Source of the DNA: a virus
Taxonomy: Duplodnaviria; Caudoviricetes
Virus record (IMG/VR): IMGVR_UViG_3300017747_002675
Coordinates: 15-64,014 of that record
Length of the DNA: 64,000 nucleotides
Strand: one strand, 5' to 3'
Shown: positions 7,989-17,574 of the stretch, piece after piece
Layout: every line of letters begins with the position of its first letter
How positions within the stretch are numbered: the stretch's first letter is position 1
Program-made: the position numbers and the translations under genes
The notes under the pieces: model-generated
Told to the model about the DNA's origin: nothing
Seen by the model: only the letters and a program-made list of their open reading frames with translations
Database searches by the model: none

Positions 7989-8998
7989 AGCCCTAATCCA
8001 TTCTTTAGTGTGTGTATAGTGTCTTGTGCGTTCATAAGAGCGCCTGTGTAGCGCTTCCGCTGTGCCACCGATAGTTCGTAGATATCAACGTAATCCATTT
8101 CCTCTACGTTTGCCGGCAGCAACGACCAAGAATCTCCAAGAATAGACGTAATCTTCCAGTCGCTTACTATTGGAGTTCTAGAGTTCATCGCCTGCGACAT
8201 TCTGTAGCTCCACCAAAGCATTCCGTCATCTTGTACGCTTAGAATCGACCCCTGAGACTCAAGCATCATCTTTTCTACGTCTGAGTCAGTTGATAGTCTG
8301 TTGCTTTTCATCTGAACAGCAGAATTACCAAGAGTATTTTGTAGAGACTTGAACCACCTTGAGTTCATGCTGTCGACTACCCAGCGTCTACTTCTTGACG
8401 TTGCTGTAGAGCTTATCTCAGACGAGATAAGAGCACTGTCTACTTCTACAGGAAGAACCGTAGAAACATCTGTGCATGGGAGCTGCGCCTTAACAACCTG
8501 AGAACCTACGAATGGGCTACTCGGATACAGAGTAACGTAGTCCCAGTGAGAAAAAAGAGTTCTTACGCCACCCAGCGCGGACTCAAGAATCTTTTTATTA
8601 CCAACTACGTCTGAATACTGCTTTCTACCAGAGTAGAACTGTTTGATGATGTCATCGTTATTTTTATCGATGGCGCGTAGGCTTGCGGCTATCTTAGCGG
8701 GTTCTGGAGCGTCTACAAATAGTCTAAGTCTGCTATCGTTTTTTAGCAGATTGATCATGTGCAGGATTCCATACGCCTTGTTCGCGGCGATACTAAGAAT
8801 AGGAGCCACACCGAGCAATACAGAGTCGTACTGATCGAGATCACTTTTCTTTAGCAAAACGCTTGGCTCTATAAAGTGCACGGCAACGTTGTTGTCTTTC
8901 AGCATTGAAGCAACGCAGCCTATGAAGCTCGCGCGGTGATGAAACGATCTATACGACGCCTGAGAGGCGGTCATACCAGAGATGGCAATTGACTTCAT
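7985..8998 (-). CDS. GT-B glycosyltransferase, T4 beta-glucosyltransferase-like (paralogue 2)
   Basis: DLDQYDSVLLGVAPILSI..KAYG and WWSYRMSQAMNSRTPIVSD parallel the adjacent gene and recalled BGT segments. Confidence 0.55.
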   Translation of the reverse strand: MKSIAISGMTASQASYRSFHHRASFIGCVASMLKDNNVAVHFIEPSVLLKKSDLDQYDSVLLGVAPILSIAANKAYGILHMINLLKNDSRLRLFVDAPEPAKIAASLRAIDKNNDDIIKQFYSGRKQYSDVVGNKKILESALGGVRTLFSHWDYVTLYPSSPFVGSQVVKAQLPCTDVSTVLPVEVDSALISSEISSTATSRSRRWVVDSMNSRWFKSLQNTLGNSAVQMKSNRLSTDSDVEKMMLESQGSILSVQDDGMLWWSYRMSQAMNSRTPIVSDWKITSILGDSWSLLPANVEEMDYVDIYELSVAQRKRYTGALMNAQDTIHTLKNGLGL

Positions 8999-10206
8999 TA
9001 CCTGCTACCGTCTGGGTTTATCCTCAGTCCCTTGTCTTCATTCAGCGCACGATGAACGATCCTGTTGCAGTGATCAACAAATGAATCGTATGTCGGCATG
9101 TGTGAACGAAGCGTGTCAGCCTGTGCGTTTGCCGCGCCAGCCAGATCGTCGTCTGACATCGACTCGACCTGCTTGATTGTCAACGAGTACGGCGCACCAA
9201 GCGGTTTGCCTTCTCCCTTGTCCGTAACAAGAATAGACTTCACCCTCGCGGCGTACATAAATCGACTTCTCCACCAACCGCAGCCGGCATGCGGGTACGG
9301 GGGCGAAAGAATTCCCCAGTATTCGTTGTAAAACGAAAGAACGTCTTCCTCTGTGTCAAAACGCTGTCCGCCGAACTTTCTAATTAGCTTTCGGCTTCCT
9401 ACGATCTCTACAGGCCAATCTGGATTCTTCTTTTCGAGCCAAGTGTCGTGCGGCACAAGCGCCCCGAGAACCCAGGCACGCTTTTTCTCAGACGGAGGGA
9501 GCGGCTCGGCTGACGACAGGATATTGAAGATCGTTGAACTTGGGTCTAGCGCCTCAATGCCGGCCATCTCGGCGGGCATTCTCTTGCGGACAAGTGAACG
9601 GTCGCCAAACGAGTACATTGGGCACACTGGAACCATGCCATGCGACCAGCGCTCTCCTAGAAGAGCCTGGGCTGTCTGCACCAACTGGCCTTCGTGCGCC
9701 TTGATGTTGTCGTCGTTGTCGTTAAAGAAGTATCTACCGACGGCGCACTTCTTTGCAGCGTCGGGATTAGCGGCAATGATTCTTTCCAGTGCCGCGTCAG
9801 CTTCAGCCTTTGAGAAGTACGTTGCGCCTTCGTCTCCACGAACCGATGACCCAGACAGAAGATACTTGTATAGGATTTCTGGGTGGCGAACAAGTGAGCG
9901 GCACGCGTTAAACACGGCGGCAAATTGCCAGTCATCAAAGAACCCGACAGCCGGGACGCCAGAGCTGAGCGCGTACAGCGCGCCCATAGCGCCCTGGCGG
10001 CCGTTAAGAGAGTTCAATGGTCCGAGGTTGACCCAGATTACGTCGTACGACGATAGATCTTCACCAGGTGTGACGCGTCGCCAATCTACCTGATGGCCGA
10101 CGCTTTCAAGAGCTTCAACGATCGACGCTGGCACGTCGATCTTTTTAATAGTTCTATGCTCTGTATTGATTTGAAGAGCTGTGAACCCTGTCATTAAAAT
10201 CTTCAT
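8998..10206 (-). CDS. GT-B glycosyltransferase, T4 beta-glucosyltransferase-like (paralogue 1)
   Basis: MKILMTG..GHQVD..DLSSYDVIWVN..LNSLNG..GFFDDW..WWRSRF.YAA....ILVTD resembles recalled BGT MKI..VD..YD..N..G..F.D and R.WE.MA....LID. Confidence 0.65.
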   Translation of the reverse strand: MKILMTGFTALQINTEHRTIKKIDVPASIVEALESVGHQVDWRRVTPGEDLSSYDVIWVNLGPLNSLNGRQGAMGALYALSSGVPAVGFFDDWQFAAVFNACRSLVRHPEILYKYLLSGSSVRGDEGATYFSKAEADAALERIIAANPDAAKKCAVGRYFFNDNDDNIKAHEGQLVQTAQALLGERWSHGMVPVCPMYSFGDRSLVRKRMPAEMAGIEALDPSSTIFNILSSAEPLPPSEKKRAWVLGALVPHDTWLEKKNPDWPVEIVGSRKLIRKFGGQRFDTEEDVLSFYNEYWGILSPPYPHAGCGWWRSRFMYAARVKSILVTDKGEGKPLGAPYSLTIKQVESMSDDDLAGAANAQADTLRSHMPTYDSFVDHCNRIVHRALNEDKGLRINPDGSR

Positions 10207-10232
10207 TGATTCATCCTTTGTGTGATACTCAA

Positions 10233-10270
10233 GTGGCCGCCCACGGCATTCTCATGCCGCGGGCGACCAC
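10233..10270 (-). terminator. 17-bp stem, GAGA-tetraloop hairpin downstream of the SSB gene
   Basis: Minus strand GTGGTCGCCCGCGGCAT-GAGA-ATGCCGTGGGCGGCCAC; both mismatches are G.U wobbles on this strand; weak U-tract. Confidence 0.7.
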
Positions 10271-10287
10271 CAAAGAACAGCAGCTCG

Positions 10288-10860
10288 TCAGAACGGAGCG
10301 GCTGGCGGTGTCTGTGCCTGAACCTCGGCAACAGGTGCCGGAGCGGGGGCAGGTGCCGGAGCCGGAGCAGCGGCAACAGGTGCGGGCGCCGGAGCAGGTG
10401 CCGGAGCCGGAGCGGGGGCAGGAGCTGCAGCCATAGGAGCCGGAGCGGAAGTTGTCGGAAGAGAGTAGTATGTCTTGATCTCGTTCTTCTTCTGACCCTG
10501 CCATGTACGGCTACCAACCTGCGCGCGGAAGCTACGACCCTTGAGGGTCTGCTCGATCTGAGCGTTCGTCGGATTGGTCGCGAAGTAGTTGCGATCAAGA
10601 CCGAGAGCGTTCATCTTGCGGAAGAAGATTCCGAGTGCGCTCGGGTTGTCTGTCGAGACGACGAGGTTGTCCCACACGAGACGCTTAGCGTGCGCCCCGG
10701 TTGTGACCTGTGCCTTCACGGCAAACATCGTCTTGCCCGTCTGAGTGGCCTTAGCCTGTGCCTCAACGATCACGAGGTCGTAGTCGCCGTCGGGCAGCGG
10801 GTCGTACCCACCGACGTCACCCGCCTCCTTGACGAGGTCACCCCAATTGAGTGTGCTCAT
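10288..10860 (-). CDS. Single-stranded DNA-binding protein (DUF669-like) with Ala-Pro tail
   Basis: YDPLPDGDY.L.I..A..K....GKTMF..G....R.VWDN..F pattern; ends PAPAPA..APF. Confidence 0.75.
   Translation of the reverse strand: MSTLNWGDLVKEAGDVGGYDPLPDGDYDLVIVEAQAKATQTGKTMFAVKAQVTTGAHAKRLVWDNLVVSTDNPSALGIFFRKMNALGLDRNYFATNPTNAQIEQTLKGRSFRAQVGSRTWQGQKKNEIKTYYSLPTTSAPAPMAAAPAPAPAPAPAPAPAPVAAAPAPAPAPAPAPVAEVQAQTPPAAPF
10320..10447 (-). repeat. Ala-Pro low-complexity coding repeat in the SSB linker
   Basis: Recurring caggtgccggagccggagc units. Confidence 0.8.
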
Positions 10861-10888
10861 TGTTTTTACCTATGTCTTTCTGTGTTGG

Positions 10889-11650
10889 TTACTTTGCTTG
10901 CTGATCCGGACGGGGTCCGAAAACGATATCGAGCATTCGTTCGACACTGAGGTCTCCCTGCTCGACGATCTTACCGAGGCGGCCTTGAACACGCTCGCCT
11001 GCCTCGTACTGGTTCGTGCGCTCGACGTACATGCGACGCGCCTTGTACGGCCCTTGTGTCGGGTCCGGGTTGTTGAACTCTTCGACGTTGATCGCGCCGA
11101 GGATGTCGTAGAAGTACGGAGCCTGAATGGCAAGCTGGCCTTGGAGGTACGGACGATACCGACCGTCCTGGCTCTGACGTGCCATGGCTGTCAGTACGAC
11201 TGCCTCGAGCGGGTTTGTTGCGTGCATCGTAAGGTCGCGGAGATCACGAAGCAGCGCACCCATGTGACGAAGAAGCTCGCCCCACTGTTGCATCTGCATC
11301 TGATTGGTTCCGGCGATGTTGTCCATGCACTTAACCTGCAACTCGGAGACCGAGTCGATGATCAGTGACTTGAACTGGTGGCGTCCGATCTGAAGCCACT
11401 GGTACGCCTTGAGAACGGTGTCGTACTCTGTGACGTTGACAACGCAGGTATCCCACGTCCCGTCAGCAGCCGGCGGCTCCTCACGCAACGGGTCCCAGTA
11501 CTTTACGTTGATAGGCAGGAATCTGTGCCCGCCTTCCACGTCCAGCATCAGACGCGGGTATGGTGCGGTGACTGCAAACGTCGATTTACCGACCTTTGAT
11601 TCACCGTACACCATAAGAGTAAGCGATCGCTGTACTCCACTCATGGTCAT
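10889..11650 (-). CDS. AAA/P-loop ATPase, Sak4/RecA-like recombination protein
   Basis: VYGESKVGKST (Walker A), LIIDSVSE (Walker B), lies between exonuclease and SSB. Confidence 0.8.
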   Translation of the reverse strand: MTMSGVQRSLTLMVYGESKVGKSTFAVTAPYPRLMLDVEGGHRFLPINVKYWDPLREEPPAADGTWDTCVVNVTEYDTVLKAYQWLQIGRHQFKSLIIDSVSELQVKCMDNIAGTNQMQMQQWGELLRHMGALLRDLRDLTMHATNPLEAVVLTAMARQSQDGRYRPYLQGQLAIQAPYFYDILGAINVEEFNNPDPTQGPYKARRMYVERTNQYEAGERVQGRLGKIVEQGDLSVERMLDIVFGPRPDQQAK

Positions 11651-12606
11651 TCACTTCCTTTCATCTCTGTTGATTCGTAATACTTATACGGATCACCTTG
11701 CGTATACAGCTCGGCGATCGCGTGCTCTGCAGCGCTACCGTCGTCAAACAACGGGCATACTGCAAAGAACTGGCACTTCCACTTGCAATCTCGGCTTGGC
11801 CGAGGATATGCAACGAAGTGATGATCTTGTCCTTCGTCCAATGCGTCTCGCACAGCGAGCATGTCGCCTACGGTACCATGAATTCTGTTCCAAAACGCTC
11901 TCAACGCAAAGGTGTTGTGTCTGACCTCGATCTGATCGTAGAACGGCGGCTTCGCGTTTGCGGTGCGCTTGACCTTCTTCAACATCGTGAAGATACCGCC
12001 TTCGCTGCGCTCGCCTTCTTTGTTCTGCGCCGCCTCGAGAAGCATGTACGTTAGGATCTGCTCGTTCATGTGAGCAAGAGCAGCAAACTCTGTGAACGAA
12101 CCGCCAACCGTCTTGAAGTCACGGAACATGCGCACACCGTCTGCTTTGCGACGAACACGCATGTCAAGTTTACCTTGAAGTTCTACCCTGCCCTCGAACA
12201 TCGGCATCGTGATGATTTCTTCTGTCGAGATCATCTCAAGATCGGCGTCGATGCCGTTCTCGTTGACCCAGTCGAGATATCCCTCGAGCATGATTCTACC
12301 GAGCTCGGCTTCTGTCTCGAGTTCCATCGTGTCGCGGAAGCTCTCTACAAGAGCCTTCTTGTCGAGCTGCACAAAGTGAGCGTATGCCTCGAGCAGTGGA
12401 GTTCCTGTTGAATAGTACATATCCAACGCCGAGTGAACGCGTGAGCCCAGCGCAAGAGCTCCAGTGAAGTTCTGAGTCTGTGGCTGAAGTCTACGATAGT
12501 AGTTTAACCACCACTTTCTTCTACAGTCCTTAAACGTTTGAATCTCAGAGTTCGAGATTCTCAGTGGCTCACGGCGGAGCTCTACCGGTGTTTCGTTGAT
12601 TGTCAC
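11647..12606 (-). CDS. PD-(D/E)XK (RecB/Cas4-like) exonuclease
   Basis: SNSEIQTFKDCRRKWW, GSRVHSAL, QGKLDM, RDFKT, CKWKCQFFAVC. Confidence 0.85.
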   Translation of the reverse strand: MTINETPVELRREPLRISNSEIQTFKDCRRKWWLNYYRRLQPQTQNFTGALALGSRVHSALDMYYSTGTPLLEAYAHFVQLDKKALVESFRDTMELETEAELGRIMLEGYLDWVNENGIDADLEMISTEEIITMPMFEGRVELQGKLDMRVRRKADGVRMFRDFKTVGGSFTEFAALAHMNEQILTYMLLEAAQNKEGERSEGGIFTMLKKVKRTANAKPPFYDQIEVRHNTFALRAFWNRIHGTVGDMLAVRDALDEGQDHHFVAYPRPSRDCKWKCQFFAVCPLFDDGSAAEHAIAELYTQGDPYKYYESTEMKGSE

Positions 12607-14405
12607 AGTGATCCTGTCTTGTCGTCTCTCAACATCTTGAGAAGTTGGTCTTTGTCTCGTACTATCTGTTCGAAGTTGTCAGCCTTTGTGTCTAGAACCT
12701 GAATCACACGTTCTTCGATCGTCCCATCGGTAACGTAGTCTGTGATCACGATGGAGTCATGGATCTCACTACCGATTCTGTGAACTCGGTCAAGAGCCTG
12801 CTTGTAATCAACCAGTGACCACGGGCGCTGAAGCATGATCAGCCTGCGAGCAGCAGTCAGTGTCACTCCGACTCCACCTGCCTGTGCAGTGAAAAGAATC
12901 CACTTAATTCTGCCATTCTGAAAATCATCGATGGCCTTTTGGCGCTCTTCCTCTGTCTGTGCGCCGGTAATCAATCCGTGAGGAATCTTCGCCTTTTCAA
13001 GGCGGGCACTAAGAAGTTCGATGAGCTGTCGAGACACCGCACACACGGCGACAGAATCATCTCCAAAGTCGCCGTTTTCGATGTCGTCCATCAGCGCATC
13101 TACCTTGCACGACGGTTCCGCTAGTTTGACGGCAATCTCTCCAGTAAACTCGTCTACGTCGATCGCTGCGTATGAACTTGCGAACTGCAACAACCGTGTA
13201 GCCTGAGTTAGTGGGCTCGGTGCTGTTAGCGCTTCACCGCTTTCCAACTGAGCGATCATGACGTCGCGCATCTGCTCGTACGCCTTTTTCTGCTTTGTAG
13301 ACATTTCTACGTCGCGGCGCTCCTTGATCACAGGTGGCAACCATGGAAGAACCTTTGCCTTGAGCATTCTGCGCATACGCGGGTTGATAGCTGCGTAGAA
13401 TTCGTCGTTCATGTGCGGCTTGACGCCAAGCACCATCATTCCACCGAACGCGTTCAACATCGTGTCAACCATACGGTCAATCCAACGAGTCTTGCTAGGC
13501 CATTCGTTTGGCGACAGCCAGTGCAGAATCGGCCACAGGTCGAGGACGTTGTTGGCGATAGGTGTGCCAGTGAGCGCAAAACGGATGTCTGCGTTTCCTG
13601 TTGCCGCCCAGAGCGCGCGTGTCTGCTTGCTCTTTGGTTCCTTTGAACGGTGAATCTCGTCAGCAACTACTGACTTAAAGTCGATCTTATTGAGTTCACG
13701 GATGTGCACCTCACAGCGGTTTTCCGAAACCTTCTCATCATGACCACCGCATTCAACGCATCGCGCCAACGCAACAGATCCGTAACTGGCAAGACGCGAG
13801 TGAGTACGTAATGACTCCCAGTTGATGACGTATACGTCAACGTCTTCTTCGGCGAATTGCTTACGGCGCTGTGTCGCTGATCCGCTGATAACCTGAACGT
13901 TTACTCCAGGCCACCACATCGCGAACTCGCGCTTCCAGTTTTTCTTCAAAGTGTTCGGACACACGATGAGCGCAGGGAACACTTCCTCGCCTCTGTCCTT
14001 CAGTTCTTTCAATGCGCGGATCGTCTGCGCTGTCTTCCCGAGGCCCGGCTCATCAGCAAGAAGAGCGCGACGCGCAGCTGCAAGGAACTTCACTCCAGCG
14101 CGCTGGTGCGGGAACAACGCCTCGTCACCGTCGGCTGTCTCAAGCTCACGTAGTGCGTTGCACGGAGCAACGCGCGTGTTGAATTCGTTTGTAGCCCATT
14201 CTGTAAGTCTCGGTCCGATACGCAGTTCGGTCTTAAACACCGACCGAAGAGCGAGGCATGTTGACCAGCCAAGTGGCGCACGCCACGCTTTGTCAGCAGC
14301 CGACCATGTCGCGCCCGGGATACCTTTGCATAGCTCTTTGTATCGCCATTCGGTGTCGATACGGATATGCTCACCCGAATCACTAAGTTCTACATCAACT
14401 GGCAC
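12603..14405 (-). CDS. SNF2-family DNA helicase
   Basis: LFPHQRAG, LLADEPGLGKT, ADEIH, LTGTP, QAGGVGVTLTAA, QALDRVHRIG. Confidence 0.9.
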   Translation of the reverse strand: MPVDVELSDSGEHIRIDTEWRYKELCKGIPGATWSAADKAWRAPLGWSTCLALRSVFKTELRIGPRLTEWATNEFNTRVAPCNALRELETADGDEALFPHQRAGVKFLAAARRALLADEPGLGKTAQTIRALKELKDRGEEVFPALIVCPNTLKKNWKREFAMWWPGVNVQVISGSATQRRKQFAEEDVDVYVINWESLRTHSRLASYGSVALARCVECGGHDEKVSENRCEVHIRELNKIDFKSVVADEIHRSKEPKSKQTRALWAATGNADIRFALTGTPIANNVLDLWPILHWLSPNEWPSKTRWIDRMVDTMLNAFGGMMVLGVKPHMNDEFYAAINPRMRRMLKAKVLPWLPPVIKERRDVEMSTKQKKAYEQMRDVMIAQLESGEALTAPSPLTQATRLLQFASSYAAIDVDEFTGEIAVKLAEPSCKVDALMDDIENGDFGDDSVAVCAVSRQLIELLSARLEKAKIPHGLITGAQTEEERQKAIDDFQNGRIKWILFTAQAGGVGVTLTAARRLIMLQRPWSLVDYKQALDRVHRIGSEIHDSIVITDYVTDGTIEERVIQVLDTKADNFEQIVRDKDQLLKMLRDDKTGSL

Positions 14406-14434
14406 TCAATACCTCTTGTCGTTCGTTATCTGTC

Positions 14435-14443
14435 ACTGTATCA
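14435..14443 (-). promoter_or_regulatory. Candidate extended -10 promoter TGATACAGT
   Basis: TGn-TAnnnT in the intergenic gap upstream of the helicase. Confidence 0.35.
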
Positions 14444-14491
14444 CATACTAAGCGGAAATGTCTTCACGCATGCAATTTTTTCTTAGTATGA

Positions 14492-14956
14492 CTACTCAAG
14501 CAGCCTAGTTGGCGCCCAGCCTGTCTTTACTAAGCGCAGAAGCCCGTGTCTAATCGCGTCAAGCGCGTGACCTTCTCCACCGCGGTACCAGTAGTCTAGT
14601 TTCTTTAGAGCCGTGTTGTCAAACATTCTTTTTGCGTCAGATGGAGACTGAAACAGCAACGTATTTGGGTCTATGCCGTTGCTAAGCATGAGATACTTGA
14701 GAATACCGATCTGCTCGAGGCTGAACGGCGCCTGTGAGTTTTTCACCGTCTGAGCGTTGATCGTAAACCTCTCGCAGACAATTTCTAGCTTCGCGCCCGT
14801 CTCTTTGGCCGTCTGAATGGCCTCAAGTATCGGCTTATGGTATTCTTCCATAAGAAACTCCCCGGAGGCCAAGAGGCGCGGTTCTAGGCCACTCTCATGG
14901 GAAATGACGGCGATACCGCTCTTCTTCCCCGGGTCAACGGCAAGAATGAGCCTCAT
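14492..14956 (-). CDS. RuvC-like Holliday junction resolvase
   Basis: ILAVDPGKKSG, VCERF, HALDAIRH. Confidence 0.7.
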   Translation of the reverse strand: MRLILAVDPGKKSGIAVISHESGLEPRLLASGEFLMEEYHKPILEAIQTAKETGAKLEIVCERFTINAQTVKNSQAPFSLEQIGILKYLMLSNGIDPNTLLFQSPSDAKRMFDNTALKKLDYWYRGGEGHALDAIRHGLLRLVKTGWAPTRLLE

Positions 14957-15273
14957 GTCCAGACCACCCTAGATACTCCAGACCTTAGTAGTATACTTTC
15001 GCACTTCTTGCACGGCTTTGACGGGGCTGGTGACCCGTCTGCCGCAATTCTGGCAACGTAGACGTTAGAACCAACGGCCAGGTTGCCTGCCGCGGTGATA
15101 GCAGCAAACTCAGCATGAACATGAGACACTCGCCACGCGGTCTTCGGATCGCCGATCTTTTTGTTTGTCGACGTTGAGACGATTTTTCCGTTTCTTACAA
15201 CGACGCATCCGTGCTTATGGCGGCACTTGCTCTTCGCTGCGACCCCAAGCGCCATTTCAAGGTAGCGATTCAT
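14953..15273 (-). CDS. Short zinc-dependent cytidine/dCMP deaminase-fold protein
   Basis: HAEFAAI and PCKKC, KHGCVVVRNGKIVS. Confidence 0.75.
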   Translation of the reverse strand: MNRYLEMALGVAAKSKCRHKHGCVVVRNGKIVSTSTNKKIGDPKTAWRVSHVHAEFAAITAAGNLAVGSNVYVARIAADGSPAPSKPCKKCESILLRSGVSRVVWT

Positions 15274-17096
15274 CAGTACTTGTCGCCCCAGGTCTCAAGC
15301 GGCCCGTCTACGTCTGCGGTAAGAGGTACGGCCCAGCCCTCGGTTGTGGTCATGCACTGCTTGACAAGTTGCTTGATCTCCTCAGCGTCCTCACGGGGCG
15401 CCTGTAGCACGATTTCGTCGTGCACCGGAACGATCAGCATCTCTGTAAGATCTGCCTGGTCAAGTTTTACAAGATTTGACTTGAACACCTCGGCAGCTCC
15501 ACCTTGAATGAGGTAGTTCACCAGCGTGTAGACTCTGCCTTCGTCGCATGGCAGTCTACGACCTGTCCAGGTGTAGACGTACCCCTGACCTTCGGCCTTC
15601 AGTCTTCTCATCCCGATGTCTTCTATCTGTCTCTGGAAGTAGGACATTCCTGGGAATCTGTTATCGAACGCGTCCGATGTCTGCTTCATCTGTATCTCGG
15701 CGACTCCTGCGGTTAACGCCTGCTTTGCGACGCCGGCTCCGTAAAGACGACCGTAGATCATGCTCTTGATGAGACCTCGACGCTTGTCAGACTTCTGCAT
15801 CGTCGGGTCATTGTACACCTCACGGCCGATCTCGGTGAACGGGTCAGAGCCTGTAGCATCGGCGAGGTGGAACAGATTGATTAGGTTGCTGTCGTTTGAC
15901 AGACTGGCGAACATGCGGAACTCGACCTGGTCAAGGTCGCTCGTGATAATCACGTGATCCTCGTCCTTGGGAATGAACGCGCGTCGAACTACGTCGTCTC
16001 CCTTAGGCAACGTCTGTAGCGCCGGATTGGTGATCGACATGCGTGATGTACGGGCGCCCAACGTCTTAACAGATGGGTGAACTATCCCGTCGATAGACTC
16101 CGTAAGAAAGTTAGAGAAATACGTTCCGGCAAGTTTGTCAGCCTTACGTTGCTTGAGAACCGTGTCGGCAAGTGCCGATACTTCAGTGTTTCCGTCTCTC
16201 TGAAGAATCTTTAATTGATCCTTAGTGCATGACTTTTGCCCAGTCGGCGTGAACTCGGTGATCTCAGCACCGAGCGACTCAAACAGGTGAACAAGTTGAA
16301 CGTTGCTGGTAATAGACACACCACCATACGTGTCGCGCGCCCACTTCTTTACAGACTCGGTATACGCGGTAAGTTCGTCGTACTTCCTCTGCGAGTAGTC
16401 AAGATCTACGCGCGCACCGTTGATCTCCATGCGGGTGACGATCTTGCGCGTCGCCATCTCAAGTTCGTACGCGCGCTGATACGGACCTTCTGGTCCGCAC
16501 TGCTTGTAAAACATTTCCCACAGCCGCGTGGTTAGAACACAGTCAAGCGCGCCGTATGACCAATATGGTGTGAAGTTCGTCGGGACAGTGCCCCACGTCC
16601 ACCCGTTCTTGACAAGTTCAACATCAAGCGTGTCCTGTAGAGCAACGGCCCTGCTGTCGATATGAAGAGCCGCGAGGCGCTTAAGAGCACCAGAGCCCAG
16701 CGGGTCAACTACGTGAGCCATGATCATCGTGTCGTGAGCGCGGTGCCACGGAATATCCCACCGAGACTGAACGTCAAACCAACGAGCCTCGAACGCAATG
16801 TTGTGGCAGATAAGTGGTCCGTCAAACTTGTCCATCGCCTCGTAGAAAACGCCCGACCATTCGTTCCAGGGAATAGACCAGCCTTGCTCCCCGTCACCAA
16901 CCTGCACGAGGCGAAGACGGCCATGCCAAGGAGACAGCGCGTGATCTCTTGGGTTGCCTGGTAGCTCACCAGTTTCTGTGTCTACTGAGATAGCGTTGTA
17001 CGGTCTTCTCTGACCAAGCCAATGAAGAAAGTTCTGCGCCTTCTCGACGCTGTCTACGAGATGAAGTTGTACGTTTGAAAGGTCGTTGTCACTCAA
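15273..17096 (-). CDS. polA: DNA polymerase family A (3'-5' exonuclease plus polymerase, no 5'-3' exonuclease)
   Basis: VDTET, HNIAFE, HDTM, LDCV exonuclease motifs; DLDQVE (A), KSMIYGRLYG (B), VHDE (C). Confidence 0.92.
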   Translation of the reverse strand: MSDNDLSNVQLHLVDSVEKAQNFLHWLGQRRPYNAISVDTETGELPGNPRDHALSPWHGRLRLVQVGDGEQGWSIPWNEWSGVFYEAMDKFDGPLICHNIAFEARWFDVQSRWDIPWHRAHDTMIMAHVVDPLGSGALKRLAALHIDSRAVALQDTLDVELVKNGWTWGTVPTNFTPYWSYGALDCVLTTRLWEMFYKQCGPEGPYQRAYELEMATRKIVTRMEINGARVDLDYSQRKYDELTAYTESVKKWARDTYGGVSITSNVQLVHLFESLGAEITEFTPTGQKSCTKDQLKILQRDGNTEVSALADTVLKQRKADKLAGTYFSNFLTESIDGIVHPSVKTLGARTSRMSITNPALQTLPKGDDVVRRAFIPKDEDHVIITSDLDQVEFRMFASLSNDSNLINLFHLADATGSDPFTEIGREVYNDPTMQKSDKRRGLIKSMIYGRLYGAGVAKQALTAGVAEIQMKQTSDAFDNRFPGMSYFQRQIEDIGMRRLKAEGQGYVYTWTGRRLPCDEGRVYTLVNYLIQGGAAEVFKSNLVKLDQADLTEMLIVPVHDEIVLQAPREDAEEIKQLVKQCMTTTEGWAVPLTADVDGPLETWGDKY

Positions 17097-17574
17097 CGTC
17101 GTCGTCCTTGACTACTGTTAGTTCTATCTTACACTTCTTTAGATACTCAAACACGTCGTACGGTCTACGGTGGAGATCTGCTGATCGCAGTCTACAAACT
17201 ACTCGAGCAAGTCCGGAGTTCGTTATCAGTTTAGCGCACTGCATACACGGAGCGCTCGTCACGTATAGTGTCCCGCCGGCAACACTCGAACGGTCGACGT
17301 ACAGTAGAGCGTTCGCCTCAGCGTGAATCGCCGGGCACGCATCGTACATGTTGTCGAGCGGCGCCTCTCCTCGTGCTCTTGGGCACCACTGGTTGCACGT
17401 CCCAGATTCAGGCCAATCGGCGGCAGGTCCGTTGTACCCAGTGGCGCATATTCTTTGTTCTCTAGAAACGATTACGGCGCCAAGTTGCGCGCGAGAACAA
17501 CGAGACCTAAGGCCAATAGTTTCGGCTATGGCAAGCCATGTTTCATCCCAGGACGGTCTTGTATCGTTCATCAA
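17089..17574 (-). CDS. dCMP deaminase
   Basis: RP.WDE.WL.IA, ATGYNG, HAEANAL, PCMQCAKLI. Confidence 0.88.
   Translation of the reverse strand: MMNDTRPSWDETWLAIAETIGLRSRCSRAQLGAVIVSREQRICATGYNGPAADWPESGTCNQWCPRARGEAPLDNMYDACPAIHAEANALLYVDRSSVAGGTLYVTSAPCMQCAKLITNSGLARVVCRLRSADLHRRPYDVFEYLKKCKIELTVVKDDDVE

Noticed and set aside
9353-10093. Long plus-strand ORFs antisense to real genes (also 10222..10950, 29224..30096, 37986..39083, 53515..54579, 59001..59705, 60432..61538)
   Set aside because: Shadow frames of minus-strand genes, with no recognisable motifs or RBS
10229-10504. Cys/Ser/Gly-rich 91-aa minus-strand ORF
   Set aside because: Alternate frame of the SSB Ala-Pro repeat that runs through the hairpin
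11647-12606. Cas4-like nuclease as evidence of a CRISPR system
   Set aside because: No repeat-spacer array or other cas genes seen; it sits in an exonuclease, ATPase and SSB recombination module
14445-14490. Inverted repeat CATACTAAG..CTTAGTATG
   Set aside because: Only 9 bp with a long spacer and no second copy found; could be an operator but unsupported
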